From assembly GCA_052386995.1 (NCBI GenBank), contig JBQTJP010000213.1, forward strand, positions 1-58,534: a stretch of DNA of 58,534 nucleotides. The letters are read 5' to 3'. Numbering within the stretch: position 1 is the first letter of the stretch; every line of letters begins with the position of its first letter. The position numbers were made by a program, and so were the translations under genes. Below the pieces are notes generated by a model. The model did not search any database and had not been told where the DNA came from. It saw only the letters and a list, made by a program, of their open reading frames with translations. Below are positions 29,815 through 40,090 of the stretch, in pieces. This DNA comes from Armatimonadota bacterium. Its GTDB lineage: Bacteria > Sysuimicrobiota > Sysuimicrobiia > Sysuimicrobiales > Humicultoraceae.

Positions 29815-30198
29815 ATGATCACGATCACGTCGCAGGCGGCGGTCAAGCTCGCGGAGATCATCAAGCAGCAGGAGGACCCGCAGACCCGGCTGCGTCTCTT
29901 TGTCACCAAGGGCGGCTGCCACGGGTTCAGCTACGGGATGGCCTTCGACCGTGAACGGCGCGAGGGCGATGAGGTCGTCGCGCACGACGGGGTCGAGGTG
30001 CTCGTCGATCCAACGACGTCCAGAGTCTTGGCCGGGGCGCAGATCGACTTCGTGCGGTCGGTGACCGGCGAGGGGTTCACGGTGCGCAATCCCAATGCGG
30101 TCGAGACCTGCGGTTGCGGGCACTCGTTCCGCACGAAGGACGAGGCCGGTGAGCCCGATCCCTGCGAGGAGTCGACCTCGCAGGCGACCTCACATTAG
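29815..30198 (+). CDS. iscA: A-type Fe-S carrier (HesB/IscA/ErpA family)
   Basis: GGCHGFSY and NPNA..TCGCGHSF. Confidence 0.9.
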   Translation: MITITSQAAVKLAEIIKQQEDPQTRLRLFVTKGGCHGFSYGMAFDRERREGDEVVAHDGVEVLVDPTTSRVLAGAQIDFVRSVTGEGFTVRNPNAVETCGCGHSFRTKDEAGEPDPCEESTSQATSH

Positions 30199-30211
30199 CG
30201 GAGGCTTCTTG

Positions 30212-30472
30212 ATGACCCAGGCACAGGTGACAGACCAGAACCAGGATATGCGGGCGCGCGTCGAGCGGGTGCTCGAGACGATCCGGCCATCCGTGCAGGG
30301 TGACGGCGGCGACATCGAGCTGGTCGACGTCACCAACGGTATCGTGCAGATCCGGCTGGCCGGCGCCTGTGTGGGATGCATGCACTCGATGATGACGCTG
30401 CAGGCCGGGATCGAGCGGATGTTGAAACAGGAGATCCCGGAAGTTCGCGTGGTGGAGGCAGTGCCCTTCTAG
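30212..30472 (+). CDS. nifU: NifU C-terminal (Nfu) domain Fe-S carrier
   Basis: IRPSVQGDGGDIEL, GACVGC, TLQAGIE. Confidence 0.88.
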   Translation: MTQAQVTDQNQDMRARVERVLETIRPSVQGDGGDIELVDVTNGIVQIRLAGACVGCMHSMMTLQAGIERMLKQEIPEVRVVEAVPF

Positions 30473-30497
30473 ACGGCCACCACCGTTCGACCGACCG

Positions 30498-30528
30498 GGG
30501 CCCCGATGGTGCACGCGGGGCCCTTTTT
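30498..30528 (+). terminator. Rho-independent terminator
   Basis: gggccccg-N10-cggggccc followed by TTTTT, downstream of nifU. Confidence 0.75.
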
Positions 30529-30574
30529 GGTGGAGGCCGCGGGCGCGGAACGCGGCGCCGCGGGGACCGAGAGC

Positions 30575-33553
30575 ATGGCGGAATCCTGGACGCGAATCCT
30601 CAAGAAGATCGACGACTGGCGATGGGAGATTCCCGTCTCCTACAAGCCGGGCATGCGCGTGCCCGGGCGCATCTACGCCGACGAGCGCATGCTGCGCATG
30701 ATGGGCGAAGGCGAGGACCAGGCGTTCGAGCAGGTGGCGAATGTCGCGACGCTACCGGGGATCGTCGGACATTCGCTGGCGATGCCGGATATTCATTGGG
30801 GCTATGGCTTTCCGGTGGGCGGCGTCGCGGGGTTCGACGCGGAGGAAGGCATGATTTCGCCGGGTGGCATCGGCTTCGACATAAATTGCTTGTACGGAGA
30901 TGCGACGGTTATCCATGAATTTGGATATCATCGGAGGATCGCTGACTTTCACTCATGCTGGCGTGCGGAGCGTATACGGTGCGTTAACCCTCACACCGAG
31001 CTCAAGGATACGGAGATCCTGGCTTTCATCAAAGTGCCCAATCCGGCGGCGCAAGTATTCAAACTCGTCACGGAAACGGGCAGGGAAATCGTGGCTACCG
31101 GTGATCATCCGTTCCTCACACCCTCTGGCATGGTTCAGATCAATGATCTTTCTCCCGGTCAACATGTATCTGTGTACCCCTTTGAGGGTGTGCCCTACGA
31201 AACGCCTTCTGACGAAGTGCTCATCACGGAAGACGATGTGCGCGCGGTCTATCCCGGTCATCCTAACGGTCTAACCCAGCTCCTCAAGGTGCTGCGAGCG
31301 AAGGGCCTACTCCCGATGCGGATGAACCATCCTAAGCTTCCTAACCTCACCAAACTAGCAGGATTCGTGCAAGGCGATGGGAGCCTACAGTTCCTGAAGA
31401 ACGGCGGCGCACTGCTGGCGTTCTACGGTACCCCCGAGGACTTAGAGGCAATTCGCTGCGACATTAAGGTGGTTGGTTTCATACCGTCGCGGATCTACCG
31501 GCGGAACCGATCTCATACCATCCAGACCAAGTATGGCCGTGTGGAGTTTGACAGCACCGAGTCGTTCGTTCACACGGGATCTTCGAGTTTGGCGGTGCTT
31601 CTCCATTGCCTGGGTACGACCGCTGGAAACAAGACAAGGACTGACTTTAAGGCACCGGCTTGGCTGGACCGTGCACCGCGTTGGATAAAACGTCTGTATC
31701 TGGCGGCCCTGTTTGGTGCCGAGCTGGCTAGCCCAAAGACCGTATCGGGCCACCCGTTCAACTTCTACGCCCCTATTCTCTCATTGAACAAACGAAAGGA
31801 AAACGTGGCCAGTGGGCTACGCTACCTGGAGAAGATTCGAGATTGGCTCTTGGAGTTCGGAGTGGAGAGCACCCAGCTTCCACAGGAAGAGAGCTACGTC
31901 AACAGAGACGGGCAGATCTCCATGCGTCTCAGAGTCCAAATCTCGAGCCGACCTGAAAACTTGATTCGGTTGTGGAGCCATGTCGGCTTCGAATACAACC
32001 GCCGCAAACACTATCTCGCGAACGTTGCTGCACAGTACCTTCGCCTGAAGTGTCTCGTTCTCGAAGAGCGAAAGGCAAGCGTCGAATCAGCGAAGATGCT
32101 TCACAAGAGTGGTCGTGGTGTTGACGACATTGTTGCCGCCATCGGATCGCCACACGTCGACGAGAGCTTTGTATCTCGCAGTCTCTGGAAGGTGCCGAGA
32201 CAGGAAGTCCGCATCGGAACATCATTCCCAGATTTCGGGACTTTCCTAGAATTAGGGGCGCGCGGCCTTGGCGAGACGGGACAGGTCTGGGACAGGGTCG
32301 TGCGCAAAGAATCCGTTCCCTTCGACGGACCGGTGTACGATTTCACCGTCAAGGACCCTAACCACAACTTCATCGCCAACTCGTTCGTCGTGTCTAACTG
32401 CGGCGTCAGGTTGATCCGTACCGATCTCACCGAAGGCGACGTCAGGCCGAAGCTGACCGAGCTCGTTGACGTGCTCTTCCACACGGTGCCGTCCGGCGTA
32501 GGCGTGGGCGGGCGGGTCAAGGTGGGCATGGGCGACATCGACGACGTTCTGGCCAGGGGCGCCCGGTGGGCCGTGGGCAAAGGCTACGGCGTTGCGCGCG
32601 ACTTGGATGTGATCGAGGCTGGGGGTGCATTGTCGCAGGCGGACCCGGGCGCGGTAAGTGACCAAGCAAAGAAGCGTGGGCGAGGCCAGGTCGGCACACT
32701 GGGATCGGGCAATCACTTTCTCGAGGTCCAGGTGGTGGAGCAGATTTTCGACGCGGTCGCCGCCGGCGCGATGCGAATCGCCGAACCTGGACAAGTCGTT
32801 GTGTTCATCCACTCGGGGTCGCGCGGGCTGGGACATCAAGTCTGTACAGACTACCTGCGGGTGTGCGAACGAGTCCAGACGAAATACGGCATTCGGCTGG
32901 TCGATCGCCAGCTGGCCTGTGTCCCGTTGAAGTCCGACGAAGGGCAGCAATACTTTGGAGCGATGAGCGCGGCGGCCAACTTCGCGTTTGCGAACCGTCA
33001 GTTGATCACTCACTGGGCGCGAGAGAGCTTCGAGCGCGTGTTCGGGCGCGGATGGGAGCAGCTGGGCATCGACCTGGTCTACGATGTGGCCCACAACATC
33101 GGGAAGCTCGAGGAGTATGAGATCGATGGGAAGCGCAGGCGCGTGTGCGTTCACCGCAAGGGTGCCACGCGAGCGTTCCCGGCCGGACATCCGGAGGTGC
33201 CGGCGCGCTACCGCAACGTCGGGCAGCCGGTGTTCGTACCGGGTGACATGGGCCGTTACTCCTTCGTTGCCGTCGGAGCCGAGGGCGCGATGCGCGAGTC
33301 GTTCGGGTCGACGTGCCACGGCGCCGGGCGCGTGATGGGACGAAAGGCCGCGGTCCGCAAGCTCGCGGGACGTGACATCGCTGAAGAGCTGCGGCGGGCA
33401 GGCATCATCGTCCGCGCGCAGGACCGTGGCCTGCTTGCCGAAGAAGCGTCGGACGCATACAAGGACGTCGCCGACGTCGTGGGCATCTGCCACGCCGCGG
33501 GGCTCTCCCGCCGCGTTGCGCGGATGCGGCCGATCGGCGTGATCAAAGGCTGA
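30575..33553 (+). CDS. rtcB: RNA 3'-phosphate/5'-OH ligase RtcB (archaeal/eukaryotic-like), intein-containing
   Basis: MPDIHWGYGFP, DIN|CGVR, GTLGSGNHFLE, HSGSRGLGH, YDVAHN, HRKGAT, STCHGAGR, AYK. Confidence 0.93.
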   Translation: MAESWTRILKKIDDWRWEIPVSYKPGMRVPGRIYADERMLRMMGEGEDQAFEQVANVATLPGIVGHSLAMPDIHWGYGFPVGGVAGFDAEEGMISPGGIGFDINCLYGDATVIHEFGYHRRIADFHSCWRAERIRCVNPHTELKDTEILAFIKVPNPAAQVFKLVTETGREIVATGDHPFLTPSGMVQINDLSPGQHVSVYPFEGVPYETPSDEVLITEDDVRAVYPGHPNGLTQLLKVLRAKGLLPMRMNHPKLPNLTKLAGFVQGDGSLQFLKNGGALLAFYGTPEDLEAIRCDIKVVGFIPSRIYRRNRSHTIQTKYGRVEFDSTESFVHTGSSSLAVLLHCLGTTAGNKTRTDFKAPAWLDRAPRWIKRLYLAALFGAELASPKTVSGHPFNFYAPILSLNKRKENVASGLRYLEKIRDWLLEFGVESTQLPQEESYVNRDGQISMRLRVQISSRPENLIRLWSHVGFEYNRRKHYLANVAAQYLRLKCLVLEERKASVESAKMLHKSGRGVDDIVAAIGSPHVDESFVSRSLWKVPRQEVRIGTSFPDFGTFLELGARGLGETGQVWDRVVRKESVPFDGPVYDFTVKDPNHNFIANSFVVSNCGVRLIRTDLTEGDVRPKLTELVDVLFHTVPSGVGVGGRVKVGMGDIDDVLARGARWAVGKGYGVARDLDVIEAGGALSQADPGAVSDQAKKRGRGQVGTLGSGNHFLEVQVVEQIFDAVAAGAMRIAEPGQVVVFIHSGSRGLGHQVCTDYLRVCERVQTKYGIRLVDRQLACVPLKSDEGQQYFGAMSAAANFAFANRQLITHWARESFERVFGRGWEQLGIDLVYDVAHNIGKLEEYEIDGKRRRVCVHRKGATRAFPAGHPEVPARYRNVGQPVFVPGDMGRYSFVAVGAEGAMRESFGSTCHGAGRVMGRKAAVRKLAGRDIAEELRRAGIIVRAQDRGLLAEEASDAYKDVADVVGICHAAGLSRRVARMRPIGVIKG
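30887..32398 (+). mobile_element. Intein (504 aa) with LAGLIDADG homing endonuclease
   Basis: Starts CLYGD, block B ATGDHPF, LAGFVQGDG and LAALFGAEL, block F/G VYDFTV...HNFIAN...SN, +1 Cys; lower GC than the flanks. Confidence 0.93.
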
Positions 33554-33567
33554 CGGAGGAATACCAC

Positions 33568-34725
33568 GTGCTGGCTCTCGCAACGGAAGAACAGCGGCTG
33601 ATCCACCAGACCGTGCGCGAATTCGCCCGCGACGAGCTGCGGCCCCACGCGGTGGCGTGGGACCGTGAAGGCCGCTTTCCGACTGAGATCGTTCCACGCC
33701 TGGCGGCCCTGGGCCTGATGGGCATGACCGTGGCGCTCGAGTACGGTGGGTCCGGACTCGAGATGAAAGCCATCGCCACCGCGATCGAAGCGCTGGCCTG
33801 GGGCGACGGGGGTATCGCGCTCAGCGTCGCTTCGCACAATTCCTTGTGTGCCGGACACATCGCTGCTTTCGCGAATGACGCCCAGCGCCGGCGGTTTCTG
33901 CCCCGACTGGCCAGCGGCGAGGTCCTGGGTGCGTGGTGTCTCACCGAGCCGGCTGCCGGCAGTGATGCCGCGGGGATTCAGACCCGGGCCGAACGGCGCG
34001 GCGAGCGCTGGGTCTTGAATGGGACCAAGGCCATCATCTCCCAGGGCAGCATCGGCGGGATCTACGTGGTGATGGCGGTGACCGGTCCGGGAAAGGGGCG
34101 CGCCGGCATCAGCGCCTTCGTGGTGGAGCGCGGCACGCCGGGCCTGGAACCCGGGCGGAAAGAGGACAAGCTCGGAGTGCGGAGCAGCGATACCGCCGAG
34201 GTTCGTTTCGTCGATTGCGCGGTGCCCGACGAGAATCGTCTCGGCGACCTCGGCGACGGCTACCGGCAGGCGATGCGCACCCTGGACCGCGGCCGCGTGG
34301 GGATCGCGGCGATGTCCGTTGGGTTGGGCCGGGCCGCTCTGGATGCAAGCCTGGCGTATGCGAAGACGCGCATGGCCTACGGCCGGCCCATCGCGGACCT
34401 CCAGGGGATCCAGTTCATGCTGGCCGACATGGCGACCGAGCTCGACGCGGCCTGGCTGCTGACCGAGCGGGCCGCCGATCTGGCGGACCGCGGCGAGCCA
34501 TTTCGGCGCGAGGCGTCCATGGCCAAGCTCTTCGCGTCGGAGGCCGGTGCCCGCGCCACGGCGAAGGGTGTTCAGATTCACGGCGGCTATGGATTCATCA
34601 AGGACTATCACGTCGAACGCTTTTACCGCGACATCAAGATCTGCGAGATCGGCGAGGGCACCAGCGAGGTTCAGAGAGCGATCATCTCCCGCGCGGTGCT
34701 CGAGGGCGGGGGAACCCCACGATGA
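33568..34725 (+). CDS. Acyl-CoA dehydrogenase
   Basis: [41 protein letters not shown]. Confidence 0.92.
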   Translation: MLALATEEQRLIHQTVREFARDELRPHAVAWDREGRFPTEIVPRLAALGLMGMTVALEYGGSGLEMKAIATAIEALAWGDGGIALSVASHNSLCAGHIAAFANDAQRRRFLPRLASGEVLGAWCLTEPAAGSDAAGIQTRAERRGERWVLNGTKAIISQGSIGGIYVVMAVTGPGKGRAGISAFVVERGTPGLEPGRKEDKLGVRSSDTAEVRFVDCAVPDENRLGDLGDGYRQAMRTLDRGRVGIAAMSVGLGRAALDASLAYAKTRMAYGRPIADLQGIQFMLADMATELDAAWLLTERAADLADRGEPFRREASMAKLFASEAGARATAKGVQIHGGYGFIKDYHVERFYRDIKICEIGEGTSEVQRAIISRAVLEGGGTPR

Positions 34726-36575
34726 CCGCTGCGACTGACCATCCGTTTCATGCCCGGCTGGCCGAGGGGCCCATGCTCGCCGACGGAGCGATGGGCACGA
34801 TGCTGTACGCGCGAGGCGTCCCGTTCGACCAGTGTTTCGACGCGACGAACCTCACCGATCCTGATCTCGTGCGCGGGATCCACGAAGCCTATGTGGCCGC
34901 CGGCGCTGAGCTGCTCGAGACCAACACATTCGGGGCCAACCGCCTGAAGCTCGCCATGCACGGGCTTGCCGAGCGGGCCGATGCGATCAACAGTGCGGGG
35001 GCGCGCATCGCGCGCGAGGCGGCCCACGCGGCTGGTCGGCGCGTCTGGGTTGCGGGATCGGTCGGGCCGCTGGGCCGGCCCATCGCGCCGCTGGGATCCA
35101 CGACCGGCGAGGAAGCGGAGGAGGTCTTCGCCGAGCAGGCGCGCGCGCTGGCGGGGGCCGGCGCGGATCTCTTGATTCTGGAGACGTTCATCGACCTCAA
35201 CGAGCTCGAGGCCGCGGTCCGCGCGGCGCAGCGCGCGACGGATCTCCCGATCATCGCGCAGATGACATTCAACCCGGACGGCCGTACGGTGCTCGGCTAT
35301 GCGCCGGAGGAGATCGTGGAACGCCTCGAGCACCTCCGGGTCGCGGTCATCGGCGCCAACTGTAGTGTCGGTCCCTATGCCATCGTTGAGGTGCTCGAGC
35401 GGATGGCGGCAGCCAGCCGCACGCCATTGTCCGCGATGCCCAATGCCGGGCTCCCCACGTACGCCGGAGGCCGGTTCGCATACGTGGCCTCCCCGGTCTA
35501 CATGGCCGAGCACGCCCGCGCGCTGGCAGAGCTGGGGTTGGCCGTCATCGGCGGATGCTGCGGGACGACTCCCGAGCACATCGCCGCTATGCGCGAAGCG
35601 ATTGCGGGTCGTACGCGCGCTACCCTCCCGCCGCGAGTCGCGGTGCCGCGTCCGGTGCCCGCCGCGGCGCCATCTGTCGAGCCACCCGGCTCGCTGGCCC
35701 AGAAACTGGGCAAGCGATTCGTCATGACCGTGGAGGTGACTCCGCCCCGGGGCGTCCAGGATTCCGATGAGCTCGAGCACTGCCGGCGGCTGCGCGCCGC
35801 GGGTGTCGACGCCGTCAACGTCGCCGACAATCCGATGGCTCGCCTCAGGATGAGCCCGTGGGCGATCGCCGCACGCATTCAGCGGGAAGTTGGCGTGGAG
35901 ACGATCCTGCACTTCACCACGCGAGATCGCAATTTGATCCGGCTGCAGTCCGATCTGCTGGCCGTACACGCCCTTGGCATCCACACGATCCTTGTGCTCC
36001 GGGGCGACCTCCCGCAGACCGGCGATTATCCTCAGGCCACGGCCGTGTCCGACATCCAGCCCTCCGGTCTGGTCCGGATGGTCAAGGGATTCAATCAGGG
36101 CCGTGAAGTGGGGGGACATCCCATCGGCGCGCCGACTCGGTTCATGGTCGGGGTGGCGCTGAACATGGCGGCCCCCAACCTCGATCGCGAACTACGCGGG
36201 CTGGAGCGCAAGCTGGCGGCGGGCGCCGACTTTATCTGCACGATGCCGATCTTCGAGCCGCAGATCCTCGAGAGGTTTCACGCACGCGTCGGCGATCTGC
36301 CGGTGCCGATGCTGATCGGCGTGCTCCCGCTCCACGGCTCGCGCCATGCGGAGTTCCTGCACAACGAGCTTCCGGGCATGGTGATCCCGGAGGCGATCCG
36401 CACCCACTTACGGAGCGCCCGTGACGGCAGAGAGGCGGGACTCCGCCTGGCGGCGGATCTGCTTCGGGCCGTGCGCGATCGTGTCGACGGCGCGTATCTG
36501 ATTCCGTCGTTTGGCCGATACGACCGGATCGCCGATCTCGTCGGAGAGATGCGCGCCACAATGCCGGCGCGGTAA
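34722..36575 (+). CDS. yitJ: Bifunctional homocysteine S-methyltransferase / methylenetetrahydrofolate reductase
   Basis: DGAMGT, ETNTFGAN, GANCSVGP, GGCCGTTP Zn ligands; C-terminal MTHFR domain ADNP, TRDRN..LQS, GD, GADF. Confidence 0.88.
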   Translation: MTAATDHPFHARLAEGPMLADGAMGTMLYARGVPFDQCFDATNLTDPDLVRGIHEAYVAAGAELLETNTFGANRLKLAMHGLAERADAINSAGARIAREAAHAAGRRVWVAGSVGPLGRPIAPLGSTTGEEAEEVFAEQARALAGAGADLLILETFIDLNELEAAVRAAQRATDLPIIAQMTFNPDGRTVLGYAPEEIVERLEHLRVAVIGANCSVGPYAIVEVLERMAAASRTPLSAMPNAGLPTYAGGRFAYVASPVYMAEHARALAELGLAVIGGCCGTTPEHIAAMREAIAGRTRATLPPRVAVPRPVPAAAPSVEPPGSLAQKLGKRFVMTVEVTPPRGVQDSDELEHCRRLRAAGVDAVNVADNPMARLRMSPWAIAARIQREVGVETILHFTTRDRNLIRLQSDLLAVHALGIHTILVLRGDLPQTGDYPQATAVSDIQPSGLVRMVKGFNQGREVGGHPIGAPTRFMVGVALNMAAPNLDRELRGLERKLAAGADFICTMPIFEPQILERFHARVGDLPVPMLIGVLPLHGSRHAEFLHNELPGMVIPEAIRTHLRSARDGREAGLRLAADLLRAVRDRVDGAYLIPSFGRYDRIADLVGEMRATMPAR

Positions 36576-37375
36576 TGGCCGTGATCCGCGCGGTCGCCGT
36601 CGAAGGCCATCGGCTGGTCCGGGCTCCCCTGCAGCGCGTCTGGCACCTGCTCAGCAGGCTGGAGTCACACCCGCGATACGTCACGCTCTGGATGGCCGCC
36701 GACGTGCACGACCGATCGCCCACGGCGGCCCTGGTCGAATTCCGCGGCTTCTTCGGCGGCCTGCCCATCGCCTCGGTGCAACGGATCACGCTGAGGCCGC
36801 CGTCGCGGATCGAGTTCCGTCAGGTCCGCGGCGAGCTGCGGGAGCTGACGGGCACCTATATCCTCAAAGAGATCGACGGCGAGACCGATGTCACCATACA
36901 GGTGTCGGTTGACGCGGACATTCTGCTCTTTCCCGATGCGTCGGTGCAGCAGATCATCGTTGGCCACATCGACGGGACGCTCAGCAGGATCAAGGCCTCG
37001 GCCGAGCGCGACCTGGTCCGCCTGACACCACGCCGCGTGCGCGCGGCCGAGGCGACCGGCCACGAGGCCGCCGCGCCGGCCGAGGGCGAGCCGTCCGCCG
37101 CCGCTCTCTCGGTCCTCGGACCCGATGCCCCGGCGTCGGGACTGCCGCCTGCACCGAGCCACCCGCGCGCGGGTCCGGCGGGACCGGACAGCGCCGGCGG
37201 GACGGGAACCGGGCCACGTGGGTCGCCTCAGGGGCCGTCGGCCGGAACGCCGGGGTCGGACCGTGGACCACACAGATCGGACCGGCGCGGGCGCCGGCGC
37301 CGACGCCGCAGAGGGCGGGGGGGTGGACGTGTCCATTCCGGCTCCGGAGAGGGCGGCGATCGCCCGCGTCCGTAG
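36575..37375 (+). CDS. SRPBCC/START (cyclase/RatA-like) protein with disordered Arg-rich tail
   Basis: VRAPLQRVW...RIEF.QV.G....G.Y pattern; TAATG coupling to yitJ. Confidence 0.65.
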   Translation: MAVIRAVAVEGHRLVRAPLQRVWHLLSRLESHPRYVTLWMAADVHDRSPTAALVEFRGFFGGLPIASVQRITLRPPSRIEFRQVRGELRELTGTYILKEIDGETDVTIQVSVDADILLFPDASVQQIIVGHIDGTLSRIKASAERDLVRLTPRRVRAAEATGHEAAAPAEGEPSAAALSVLGPDAPASGLPPAPSHPRAGPAGPDSAGGTGTGPRGSPQGPSAGTPGSDRGPHRSDRRGRRRRRRRGRGGGRVHSGSGEGGDRPRP

Positions 37376-37476
37376 CGACCCCATCGGGCCGGTGTTACAC
37401 TTTTAGCGAAGGTCCGGTCGTCCGCGGACGATCGCGCCGCGGGCGCGGCAAGGCGTTTGCGCGAAGGAGGTTCGTG

Positions 37477-38589
37477 ATGTTTCGCCGGTCATCTGGCCCA
37501 ACGCGCGAGCAGGTGCTCGACGCGCTGCGGGACGTGCAAGATCCCGAGCTGCACAAGAGCATCGTCGATCTCGACATGGTGCGTGAAATCGGCGTGAACG
37601 ATGGGGGCGTCACCGTCGAGGCGCTGCTCACCATCAGCGGCTGCCCACTGCGCGAAACGATCGAGACGTCGATTCGGGACCGCGTGCTGGCCCTGCCCGG
37701 GGTGAGCCGGGTCGACGTCAAGCTCGGCGTCATGAGCCCCGATGAGCGGCAGGCCCTGGTCGGGAAGCTGCGCGGGGGCGAGATGCATCCCGCAAAGAAA
37801 TCCTCGTTCCTGACTGCCGACTCGACGACCCGGGTCATCGCGGTAGCCAGCGGCAAGGGCGGCGTCGGCAAGTCGACCGTGACAGCGAACCTCGCGATGG
37901 CAATGGCGCTCGATGGACGGCGCGTCGGCGTGATCGATGCCGATGTGTACGGATTCTCGATCCCGCGAATGCTGGGCGTGTCCGGCCGGCCGACGGCCAT
38001 CGATCAGATGCTGATTCCGCTCGAGCGAGATGGCATCCGCGTCATGTCGATCGGGTTCCTCCTGCCCAACGAGAACGACGCCGTCATCTGGCGGGGCCCG
38101 ATGCTGCACAAGGCCTTGATGACGTTCATCTCCGAGGTCCACTGGGGCGATGATCTCGAGTACCTGTTCATCGACCTGCCTCCCGGAACCGGCGACGTGT
38201 CGTTGAGCATCGCCCAGACGCTGCCGGCGGCCAGCATGATCGTTGTGACCACGCCCCAGCCCGCGGCCGCCTCGGTGGCCGAACGTGCGGCGAAGATGGC
38301 CGAGAAAGTGAACATGGATGTCGTCGGCGTCATCGAGAACATGTCGGGATTTACTCCCGCGCCGGGCGCTCCCGCCGTGGACCTCTTTGGCCGCGGCGGC
38401 GGTAAGCAGCTGGCCGCGCGGCTCGGCGTGCCGCTGCTCGCCGAGATCCCGCTGGACATTGCTATGCGCGAAGGCGCCGACATCGGCGAGCCCGTCGTCA
38501 AGAGCCATCCGGACACCCCGGCGGCCAGGGCCTTGCACGCGGCCGCGCGCATGCTCGCCGAACGTCTACCGGTGCCCGTGCGCGCGTAG
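37477..38589 (+). CDS. mrp: Mrp/ApbC (NBP35 family) P-loop ATPase with N-terminal DUF59 domain
   Basis: DPEL..SIVDL, LTISGCPL, SGKGGVGKST, WRGPM, DLPPGTGD, IENMS; RBS AAGGAGG. Confidence 0.9.
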   Translation: MFRRSSGPTREQVLDALRDVQDPELHKSIVDLDMVREIGVNDGGVTVEALLTISGCPLRETIETSIRDRVLALPGVSRVDVKLGVMSPDERQALVGKLRGGEMHPAKKSSFLTADSTTRVIAVASGKGGVGKSTVTANLAMAMALDGRRVGVIDADVYGFSIPRMLGVSGRPTAIDQMLIPLERDGIRVMSIGFLLPNENDAVIWRGPMLHKALMTFISEVHWGDDLEYLFIDLPPGTGDVSLSIAQTLPAASMIVVTTPQPAAASVAERAAKMAEKVNMDVVGVIENMSGFTPAPGAPAVDLFGRGGGKQLAARLGVPLLAEIPLDIAMREGADIGEPVVKSHPDTPAARALHAAARMLAERLPVPVRA

Positions 38590-38596
38590 ATCCCGC

Positions 38597-40090
38597 ATGG
38601 ACGAGACCACCATCACGCAGGGCCGCAACTTCATCGGTGGCCGGTGGGTGGACGCCGTCGGCGGAGCCACGCTGCCTTCGCTGAACCCCGCGACCGGGGG
38701 CACGCTCGGCATCGTCGCGGACTCGGGCCCGGCCGATATCGATCTCGCCGTCCGCGCCGCGGCCGACGCATGGCCGCGGTGGCGCGCTCACCCGGCTCCG
38801 CGGCGCGCGGAGATCATGTTTCGCGCGGCCGAGCTCCTCGTGCGCCGCAAGGAAGACCTGGCGCGGCTGATGACCCGGGAAATGGGCAAGATCCTGGCCG
38901 AGACCCGCGGCGATGTGCAGGAAGCGATCGACATGACCTATTTTGTCGCGGGGGAAGGGCGGCGCCTGCACGGCTACACCACGCCGAGCGAGATGCCGCG
39001 AAAGGCCGCCTACTGCGTGCGGGCACCGCTCGGGGTCGTCGGGATCATCACGCCGTGGAACTTTCCCGTGGCGATCCCATCCTGGAAGATCATCCCGGCC
39101 CTGGTCTGCGGCAACACCGTCGTCTTCAAGCCCGCGCCGGAGACCCCGCTGGTCGCCGCCGCGTTCGTCTCCATTCTCGAAGAAGCGGGCGTCCCGCCCG
39201 GCGTGCTCAATCTGGTGAGCGGTGGAGATGCCGCGGGGGCCGCGCTGGTCGACCATCCCGGCGTCGCGCTCATCTCGTTCACGGGCTCGACAGACGTCGG
39301 TCTTCACGTTGCGGCGCGCTGCGCCGCCCGCGGCGTCAGGGTGTCGCTCGAGATGGGCGGAAAGAACGCCGCGATCGTCCTCGACGATGCCGATCTCGAT
39401 CTGGTGGCCGATGCGTTGACCTGGAGCGCGTTCGGCACGACCGGGCAGCGCTGCACGGCGTGCAGCCGGATTCTCGCGCACCCGGCGGTGCGCGCGGAGG
39501 TCTTGGATCGTCTGGCGTCCCGTGCGTCGCGGCTGCGCGTGGGTGACGGGCTCGATCTTGCCACCGAGATGGGCCCCCTGGTCAGCGCCGCGCAGCGCGA
39601 GCGTGTCGAGCGCTTCGTGGAGGTTGGCCGCGGTGAAGGCGCGCGTGTGGTGCTGGGCGGGGCGCGGCTGGCACCGCGCGGCTTTGAGGGCGGGTTCTTC
39701 TACCCGCCGACCGTCCTCGAGGGCGTGCGGCCCCAGATGCGCGTGGCGCAGGAAGAGATCTTCGGCCCGGTAGTGGCTGTGTTGGAGACCGCGTCGCTGG
39801 ACGAGGCGATCGAGATCACCAACGGCGTGCGCTACGGGCTCTCCGCATCGATCTTCACCCGTGATGTGGGATCGGCGATGCGGGCGATCGAGGAGATCCG
39901 TACGGGCATTGTCTACATCAATCACGGGACCATCGGCGCGGAGGTCCACCTGCCATTCGGCGGCACGCGCCAGACCGGCAATGGGCATCGTGAGGGCGGT
40001 CTGCAGGCCCTCGACGTGTTCACCGAATGGAAGAGCGTGTACATTGATTACAGCGGCCGCCTGCAGAGGGCGCAGATTGATCGGGATTAG
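38597..40090 (+). CDS. Aldehyde dehydrogenase
   Basis: [33 protein letters not shown]. Confidence 0.93.
   Translation: MDETTITQGRNFIGGRWVDAVGGATLPSLNPATGGTLGIVADSGPADIDLAVRAAADAWPRWRAHPAPRRAEIMFRAAELLVRRKEDLARLMTREMGKILAETRGDVQEAIDMTYFVAGEGRRLHGYTTPSEMPRKAAYCVRAPLGVVGIITPWNFPVAIPSWKIIPALVCGNTVVFKPAPETPLVAAAFVSILEEAGVPPGVLNLVSGGDAAGAALVDHPGVALISFTGSTDVGLHVAARCAARGVRVSLEMGGKNAAIVLDDADLDLVADALTWSAFGTTGQRCTACSRILAHPAVRAEVLDRLASRASRLRVGDGLDLATEMGPLVSAAQRERVERFVEVGRGEGARVVLGGARLAPRGFEGGFFYPPTVLEGVRPQMRVAQEEIFGPVVAVLETASLDEAIEITNGVRYGLSASIFTRDVGSAMRAIEEIRTGIVYINHGTIGAEVHLPFGGTRQTGNGHREGGLQALDVFTEWKSVYIDYSGRLQRAQIDRD

Noticed and set aside
29815-30472. Selenocysteine in HesB-like or NifU proteins
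   Set aside because: All motif positions are Cys codons and both genes end in TAG
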